DNA of 26,830 nucleotides from an uncultured bacterium (GTDB lineage Bacteria; UBP14; UBA6098; B30-G16): NCBI GenBank assembly GCA_965552135.1, contig CBEVQY010000030.1, positions 1 to 26,830 of the forward strand, read 5' to 3'. Shown piece by piece: positions 15,166 to 22,400 of this stretch (position 1 is its first letter; each line of letters starts with the position of its first letter). The notes under the pieces were generated by a model. It saw only the letters and a program-made list of their open reading frames with translations, ran no database searches and was not told where the DNA came from. The position numbers and the translations under genes were made by a program.

Positions 15166-17693
15166 CTTTCGCCCTCCTTTCTTTCCCTCAATTGGAGTGC
15201 ACACAGCATAAGCCCAACTTCGGCGGAAAGCCCATCGCCCCTCGAGATAAGCTCGAAGAAGTGCTCAGAAAAATCCTTCCACGCTCCCTCACCTCCTTCG
15301 TTGCCTCGCGTCATTATTCGATAGAGATACATTCTCACAATTGGGCAGAAAACGGGATGAAAACTAAGCTTTCTCCCGTCCCTTTTCATATATTGCTGCA
15401 TGAGCATAAGGAGCTTGTGAACCGAGACCTTGCTCAAAAAGCCCTCCCCGACGAGATCCAACACCCGCTCCCTGAAGCTTTCGGCTACGGCAAACTTGTC
15501 CCATCCAAGGGCTCTGCCAAAGACGCAGAACGAATCCTTGCCCTCCTTCTTGGCTTCGTCCTCCATATCGCCGGCACGCTTTGCGCTTTGAGCCACAGGA
15601 TACTTTGGGCGTGAAAGGTACACGCCGGAGCTCAGGTGCAGCGCGGGGTTGCCGCAGCAGTACTTTTTGAACTCATCCGAAATTTTCTGCGCCACCCCGA
15701 TGGCTTCATCCCATCGCGCCACGAAGAAGAGGTCGTCGCCGCCGGAATAGCCAAGGTACACATCCTCATGCTCCTTGCGCAGAAGCTCGACGATGTGGAC
15801 CGAGAAGAAGTCATCTATTGCTTCGGAGAGCTGGATAATTCGCGAAAGCGTCCTCCGTTTGTTTCCAAGCCCTATTGAGAACACGGCGCCCAGGTCGTCA
15901 ACGTCCATCCGGACGATGCCGAGGTAATCGGGTCCAGAGCGCTCATCACCGCCCGTCTTGGCTATCTCCTCGAATGTCTTTGGAACTCCTCCGTCCCCGG
16001 GCCCCTCCGTAGGAATATATTTCCCGACAACTTTAAACGAGTAGCCAAACCTATGGCTCTTCAAATCCTCCAGAAACGGCGCAACCTTTGAGCCTCCACT
16101 ACCGTCTTCGGGAAAATCGATCAGGAAGCGGATCGCCCGCGATACTTCCCTCTCAAGCTCGCTCTCCTTCGAGAGAACCCACGTGAAAAGATCACCGAAG
16201 TCGACAACTACCTCCTTTTCGATTTCTTCATTTTCTTCATTCCCTTCCGCTACGGATTCGTCCTCTTTGTACTCGCCCGGCACGAAGAAAAGATACTTAG
16301 CCTTGGGGAGTATCCTGCCGATCTTTTCGTGAAGTTCGCACAAAGCGCACCTATTCCTTTCTTGCTCCTGCTCCTCTTGGTCCTCTCGCTCCCGTCCCTT
16401 TTTTTCATCTTTTCCCTGTTTCACCCGCTCAAGCTCGCCGTCGCACAGGGGGCATGCCCGTGGGCACGACCACTTATGCTCAGACTCACCTCCTTGTTGT
16501 TTAGGCTCAAGCCTGCGGACAAGAGATTCCCTGCGCAATATGTTGTTTAGTTTCCGCCTCTTTTGTCTCTCAAGCTCGGGACTGACCTCTCTGTCGTAAA
16601 AGCCTCCGAAGTCCTTTATGTCCTCTTCGGTTGCCTCACACACGACCATACAGAGCCCCAGTCTGCCGCCGAACTCGTCCCAGAGGAACTTCTCCACAAT
16701 TTCCCGCGCCTCCTGTAGTTTATCTCGGATGTCCTTAGAGTTGGGCGCGATTATCGAAAAATTCCCGCCGCCAGAGAGAAGCAAATGGGGCTCAGAGAGC
16801 TTCATTTTGTGCAGCAGAAAGCGCGCAACGCCGTCGGTCAAAAGCGATACGTAAAGCGACCTGCCCCTAAGCCTTTTCGAAAAGCCCTCCGCAGCCTCGC
16901 CTTCGCCCGCCCTCGCGCTGTAGATGAAGTTCTGTATGCCGGATATGTCGCCGTGGATGTAGAGGAAAGGCTTTTCCGGTTTGTCGTCTTCAGTAGGCAG
17001 CAGGCATCCCGCCAGCGCCGCAGCAACACGCAGGTGGGAGTAAAGCGAAATGTCGGGCATACTCCCGTACGCAGCCGAAGGAACGTACTTCGCCACGTAC
17101 TTAAGAAGCGCAAGCAAAGTAACCGTGAAGGACTCTAAGGTGGACCTCTCGTCCCAATTGACGGAGGAACCCTCGTAGCAGCGGTGCCAGACCTTCAAGC
17201 TCTCCTCAAACGCGTTACACAATGCATCGTAGTCCTTGGCTTCGTTCTCTCGATCCTTTTCCGGGAAGGCGCAGCTCGTTCCGAACGCGAGCGGAAAACC
17301 CCACTTCGCAGCCTCGTCCTCGCCCAAACCAATGAAGCGGGATCCCTCCTCAAAGCTTATCTCAGCGAGTATCGGGATGAGCCTGTCGGCGCTGGGGCGC
17401 CCTTTCTCGCCCTCGGGGCGCTCAAGCCGCTCGCCGGCGGACAATCTATCCGCGCGAACGACAGCGCTAAACACCGGGCCCGATCCCTCAAGCCCAGGCT
17501 CATGATGGAGCTCAACATAAGACGCAAGCTCCAGCGGGAAGGACGGCGGGCAAATCCTCTCCTTCACGAACCGCGCGCCGACCTCCTGATGGTGGCCAAC
17601 GTAATCCCTTATCGATGACCGCTGCAGAAGTTTGCCGATATCGTGCAGAAGAGCGCCCAAAACGGCAGAGTAGTATGATCTCACATCGTCCAT
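15162..17693 (-). CDS. cas10: Cas10/Csm1 with intact HD nuclease and GGDD cyclase palm
   Basis: ALLHDIGK, HHE, ADRLSAGER (HD); DISLYSH; GDISGIQNFIY, LRGRS, GGGNF (palm1); CPLC...CALC Zn finger; RMDVDDLG and YSGGDDLF (palm2). AAGGAG RBS. Confidence 0.97.
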   Translation of the reverse strand: MDDVRSYYSAVLGALLHDIGKLLQRSSIRDYVGHHQEVGARFVKERICPPSFPLELASYVELHHEPGLEGSGPVFSAVVRADRLSAGERLERPEGEKGRPSADRLIPILAEISFEEGSRFIGLGEDEAAKWGFPLAFGTSCAFPEKDRENEAKDYDALCNAFEESLKVWHRCYEGSSVNWDERSTLESFTVTLLALLKYVAKYVPSAAYGSMPDISLYSHLRVAAALAGCLLPTEDDKPEKPFLYIHGDISGIQNFIYSARAGEGEAAEGFSKRLRGRSLYVSLLTDGVARFLLHKMKLSEPHLLLSGGGNFSIIAPNSKDIRDKLQEAREIVEKFLWDEFGGRLGLCMVVCEATEEDIKDFGGFYDREVSPELERQKRRKLNNILRRESLVRRLEPKQQGGESEHKWSCPRACPLCDGELERVKQGKDEKKGREREDQEEQEQERNRCALCELHEKIGRILPKAKYLFFVPGEYKEDESVAEGNEENEEIEKEVVVDFGDLFTWVLSKESELEREVSRAIRFLIDFPEDGSGGSKVAPFLEDLKSHRFGYSFKVVGKYIPTEGPGDGGVPKTFEEIAKTGGDERSGPDYLGIVRMDVDDLGAVFSIGLGNKRRTLSRIIQLSEAIDDFFSVHIVELLRKEHEDVYLGYSGGDDLFFVARWDEAIGVAQKISDEFKKYCCGNPALHLSSGVYLSRPKYPVAQSAKRAGDMEDEAKKEGKDSFCVFGRALGWDKFAVAESFRERVLDLVGEGFLSKVSVHKLLMLMQQYMKRDGRKLSFHPVFCPIVRMYLYRIMTRGNEGGEGAWKDFSEHFFELISRGDGLSAEVGLMLCALQLRERKEGER

Positions 17694-17912
17694 ACCGACT
17701 CCTTTTTTGCCTCTAAAAAACTAAGGATAACTAATTTCGTCAAGGCAAATTTTATCAGCGATTCCAAACAAAAAGAAAACATAAAGTAAATTAACAGGAT
17801 ATAATTTACAAAAAAATTACTTCAACACGCCATTCTTTATTTCCCAAAGTGATTGACATCACCTCGGTGTCCGGCTTAGTTACTGTAGGAGGCGAAGAGG
17901 TAAGGAGCGAGC
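17694..17912. promoter_or_regulatory. AT-rich divergent promoter region; candidate cas promoter (-35 TTGTAA 17811-17806, 17 bp, -10 TACTTT 17788-17783, minus) overlapped by palindrome GTAAATTA-N8-TAATTTAC
   Basis: The most markedly AT-rich intergenic stretch in the window, between divergent start codons. Perfect 8-bp inverted repeat at 17786-17793/17802-17809. Plus-strand TATAAT at 17800-17805 and TTGACA at 17853-17858. Confidence 0.55.
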
Positions 17913-19445
17913 ATGAGCAGGAACCTTTCTGTGATTGTGTTCCTTTTCGTTTCGGTTGCAGCCGGGACGGACGTCATCTTCATCTCCGCGGGTGCGGGGC
18001 ACAGCCTTGCGGTTCGGACCGACGGCACCGTGTGGGCGTGGGGTATGAACTCATCCGGGCAGCTCGGGACAGGCGATACCGTTGAGCGCCACATACCGAC
18101 GAAGGTCGTTGGTCCCGGGGGAGCTGGTTTCCTCGACGGCGTTGTCGCCGTTGGAGCGGGGTATCGTTTCTCCGTCGCGCTCAAATCCGACGGCACGGTG
18201 TGGGCGTGGGGCGACAACTCGTACGGGCAGCTCGGAACAGGGACGACGGAGCCAAGCACCGTGCCCGTCCAGGTCAGGGATACATCCGGAACGGGGTTCC
18301 TGCACGACGTCGTCGCGATTTCCGTGGGCTGCCTGCACTGCCTCGCCCTGCTTTCGGACGGAACGCTCCTTGCGTGGGGAAGCAACAGGCAGGGATGTCT
18401 CGGCATAGGCACAAGCGACTACTCACCTCACCCCTTGCCCGTCCGCGTGAAGGACTCGACGGGAACGGACTTCCTCAGGGGCGTGAGGGACCTTTGCGCC
18501 GGTTCCGCCTTTTCGCTCGCTGTGGTCGACGACTCGACCGAAGACATCTACGGCATCGTGTACTCCTGGGGAGCCAACAACAGCGGCCAGCTCGGGAACG
18601 ACACGGTAACAAGCCGCTATCTCCCCGCGCCGGTGCTCTCTCCGGACGGTCTTGGGTTCCTTTCGGGTGCGGTCTCCGTCTCGGCGACGCCAAACGGCGT
18701 CCTCTTCACCAACGGGCACAGCCTGGCGGTTATGTCGGACAGCACGCTTATGTCGTGGGGAAGGAACACGAACGGTCAGCTTGGCGACGGAACGACGACC
18801 AACAGATACCGCCCCGTCGCCGTCCTCGATTCCGGCGGAACGGGCGTCCTCACGGGCGTGGTCAAGGTCTGCGCGGGGATGGAGCACACCGTTGCGCTCC
18901 TCTGCGACGGCACGGTCTGGACGTGGGGGGAAAACATCTACGGCGAGCTCGGAACCGGTCCAGGACCGGGGCGCACAACCCCCGGACAGGTCCTCGGGCA
19001 GGACGGGATAGGCACGCTTGAAGGGATCGTCGATGTATCCTCGTCCCACTGCCACAACCTCGCCCTCGACGCGGACGGGAGAGTTTGGGCGTGGGGTCGA
19101 AACGACCACGGGCAGCTCGGCGACGGAACGGTAGTGGATCGCTCTTTCCCCGTGCAGGTCCCGTTCGAACCGCTTGAGGTCGCATCCCAAAAGCCCAAGG
19201 CGCACAAGCTCAGGCTTTCCGTGCATCCGAACCCGTTCAACGCCGCCTGTCTGATAAAGCTCGACGGAGCTGCGGGTGAATCTACGATCTCCATCTTCGA
19301 CGCCGCAGGGAGGCTCGTGGTCCAAAGGATGGTCACAGGTGCCGGGTTCCTTTGGAGACCCGAAGGCATCCCGTCGGGCGTCTACCTGCTCCGAGCCTCC
19401 GACGGCAAACGAACGGAAAGCCGACTCCTGCTCCTCGTAAGATAA
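17913..19445 (+). CDS. Secreted RCC1/BLIP-II-like 7-bladed beta-propeller with C-terminal T9SS/Por-type (FlgD-Ig-like) sorting domain
   Basis: N-terminal signal (MSRNLSVIVFLFVSVAAG); seven repeats of (S/C)AG.xH(S/T)xAxxxDGTVWAWGxNxxGQLGxG; tail PNPFN...SIFDAAGRLV...WRPEGIPSGVYLLR...LLLVR. AAGGAG RBS. Confidence 0.9.
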   Translation: MSRNLSVIVFLFVSVAAGTDVIFISAGAGHSLAVRTDGTVWAWGMNSSGQLGTGDTVERHIPTKVVGPGGAGFLDGVVAVGAGYRFSVALKSDGTVWAWGDNSYGQLGTGTTEPSTVPVQVRDTSGTGFLHDVVAISVGCLHCLALLSDGTLLAWGSNRQGCLGIGTSDYSPHPLPVRVKDSTGTDFLRGVRDLCAGSAFSLAVVDDSTEDIYGIVYSWGANNSGQLGNDTVTSRYLPAPVLSPDGLGFLSGAVSVSATPNGVLFTNGHSLAVMSDSTLMSWGRNTNGQLGDGTTTNRYRPVAVLDSGGTGVLTGVVKVCAGMEHTVALLCDGTVWTWGENIYGELGTGPGPGRTTPGQVLGQDGIGTLEGIVDVSSSHCHNLALDADGRVWAWGRNDHGQLGDGTVVDRSFPVQVPFEPLEVASQKPKAHKLRLSVHPNPFNAACLIKLDGAAGESTISIFDAAGRLVVQRMVTGAGFLWRPEGIPSGVYLLRASDGKRTESRLLLLVR

Positions 19446-19480
19446 CAGCGCCGCAGACCGACCCAGCGCCCCAAAAGCCA

Positions 19481-22400
19481 TCAGAAGGTGAAAATGACCT
19501 CGTCGACGAATATGTTCACGTGCGCAGGCTCAACAACAGCGGGCTTTTTGTAGTAGATAGCGATCGACTTAAGCAGCTTGCCAACGGCTTCGGGCGGCAC
19601 GTCGACGTGAACGGTCACCCAGCACTCCGAGGGATCCCCGCGCATCTGCGGCGTAAAGCTCCTGCCGTCAGCGGCAAGGGGGTTGTAGTCCGAAAGCCAG
19701 GTCGTCTCGCCGGTTAAAGTGTCGTAAAGCTCGACGTCCACAATGGCATATCCGCGCGCATCGAAGGTGGGCTCGGAGTGGTGGAATATCTTGTACTCAA
19801 GGTAGCTGTACTGCGTAAGCTGAATCTCCGTGCCCGCCGGGGCGTCGTCGAAGAACTGGAATATCCTGTACCTGAAGGTGGCGGGCGAGAAGCCGTTTAG
19901 GTCAACCCCTACCATCATGCAGCGCTCGCCGTTGGGAATGGGAGGCATCATAAGCGAATACCCCTCGTCGACAACCATGCAGGTGTCGTCGCTGCAGTCT
20001 ATGTTCTCGCTCGATATGAGGTCGTTTTCGCGCAGATACTCCTCCTCCCCCACCTCGAACGAGTTGTAGAACGCCCGCTTCAGCGAGAAGTTATCGATAT
20101 ATGCCTCCGTCTCCTCGTCGCCTTCGACCTTAATCCACACCGACACCACCGTGTCGCCCGAGCCTGCAAGGGAATCGGGTACGGGGCAGCGATATGTGGT
20201 CGCCACGGCACTCGTGCACGCGGGGAACCAGACTATTCCGCCGGCGCTCTGAAGCTTATAGCCCAGATACACCTCGCCCGACGCCCTCCATCCGTCGAAC
20301 ATCATGACGAGGCACTGGTTTGTGCAAAGCGGCGTCGGGTTGACGTCGAAGAGTTTTGTGCTTTCGGGCGACGCAAGCGCAGGAGACATCACCTTCAGCA
20401 CCCCGCCGCGCCCGGGATAGCGCACACGCCAGCAAAGCAACGAAGGCTCATATATGTGTTCAATATCGCCGGGGACGTTGCTCGTGTAGCCGAAGATGGC
20501 GTCGAATCTGCCGCCGCCGTCGTCCCACGTGGACAGCATCAAGGTGTCGACGTCGATAAGCGTTGTGAACCAATCCTCCGAACGCCGCCAGGTGTGCGAA
20601 TACTTAAACGTGCTGTCGTCGTGGTTCAGGGCAAAGTGCCAGTACCAGGAGGTCGTGTCGATGCTGTCGGGAGGGATACCTCCGATGTAGTTTTTGAGCA
20701 AAAGCCCGGCGTAGGTGTGCTTGGTGAAGCTATCGTACAGCTTCGCCTCGGGGATCCTGTGGACGTTGAGCTCCTCCCAATCGACTATCGTGTCGTTGTT
20801 GTCGTCGTACGCGTCGATCAGGGGCGCACCGAAGTAGGAATCGCGGTGATTGACGTAAACGTCCACCGCGCGCTCGAACAGGGCAACGTTGTCGATGTAC
20901 GCCCTTATGTTCCCCACAAAGGGCAGATCAGTCTCGTAGCGAACGAGTATGTTGTCCACAAACCACCCCGAAAGCTCGTCGGGGAGCTGGTAGTCGATGT
21001 ACCTCCAGAAGCTTCCCGAGGGCGGTCGCCAGGTCAGGTTGGAGTCGGAGTCGAAGTGGTTTCTATCGAGCGGGTGAAGCGGCGATCCGAACTGATCCCG
21101 CAGATCGAGGTCGTGCGAGCGCGCGTAGTCGAAGAGGGTTGTTGTGTCCGCAAGATCAGGCGAGACTATGCGCAGGTCCACCACCACGCCGGGCGGGATA
21201 AGCTCGGGCAGATCACCCCGCTCAGCATACAGCCTGGGCGCATAGTCCTGCCAGATGTAGTAGCCAAACGTCGTGTTCTCGTCTATTCTGTACGCCAGGG
21301 AGCGCGGCAGAAGCTCGAAGGTGAAGCCAAACTCGTGCGGCTCATCGTACTGGATGTCGAAGGGATAGATGTAGGCGGACACCTCGTAGACCGTGTCCCT
21401 CGGTCCGAAGAGCATCGTATCTGCCACGCCGGATGGGATGGTATCCTCAGGCGTCGGCAGGCTGCGCAGCCTGCAGGTGGGTTCGCCCTCGCCGTTCCAG
21501 CCGAGCATGCCGCGGTTCTCGACCAAGGCGTCCACCAAAAAGCCCTCCGCAGGCGCCGTCTCGGGCTCAAAGGTGAAAACTATATTCTTCGACCGAATGG
21601 TGAGGTTGTCGATATATGCGTGGACGAGACCGTGGATCTCGTTGGGGTCGTCCTCATAGCCCACGAGTATAGCCTTTATCGTCTTGCCAGCGAATATATC
21701 CAGCGGCACAGTGACCAGATGCCACTCGTCCAGCGCATAACCCTCCTGCGGACGCCAGGCGGGGTGCATCCTGAAGCCGTCGCTGTCGTAAAAAGTGTCG
21801 ACAACGATCGAGCGAAAACCATCGGCGAAAAGAAGATCTATGCAGATAAGCTTGCCCTTCGCGGTCAAAGGCTTTATCTCGTACGAAAGCTCCATCGACT
21901 TGCCCACGTCTATGTCGCAGTTGAAGAGCTTGAAGTAGATATAAGAGTTATCCCAGATCTCGTTGGTCTCGGTTTTGTCGGTGAATATGATCTCGAGCAC
22001 ACCGTTGTCCGGGTCGTCTGGATCGAGGATGCGCTTGCACATGTGCGTCGTACACGATGGAGCGTAATCAACGCCGTGGTATTCGAATATGTTGTCGGTG
22101 TATCCCCACGGGAACTCGATCGTCTGCTCCCCGTCCCACGTTATAACGAAGCGCCCATCCCAGCTTTCGGCAGGATCGTGGAAGTACTTCTCGAGCCAGT
22201 CGGGAACGCCGTTTATGTTGTAGTCCATATACTGGTCGTCCTCTTTCGAGTCGTAACCGCCAAGGTTGTACACGAAGGGGACGAAGTCTCTGTTTCCAAG
22301 CGAGTCGACCCTTGGGCTTCCCATGAGGTACTCGTTCCAGGCGGAGCGCGGCGGCTGAATGGTATCTCCGTTGGGCAAACCAACGGGAACCCTGAGACCC

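Noticed and set aside
19481..19520. C-terminal ...VIFTF as outer-membrane beta-signal/autotransporter
   Set aside because: It is the end of the repeated module (cf. internal NIVFTFE); no beta-barrel-length amphipathic region precedes it.
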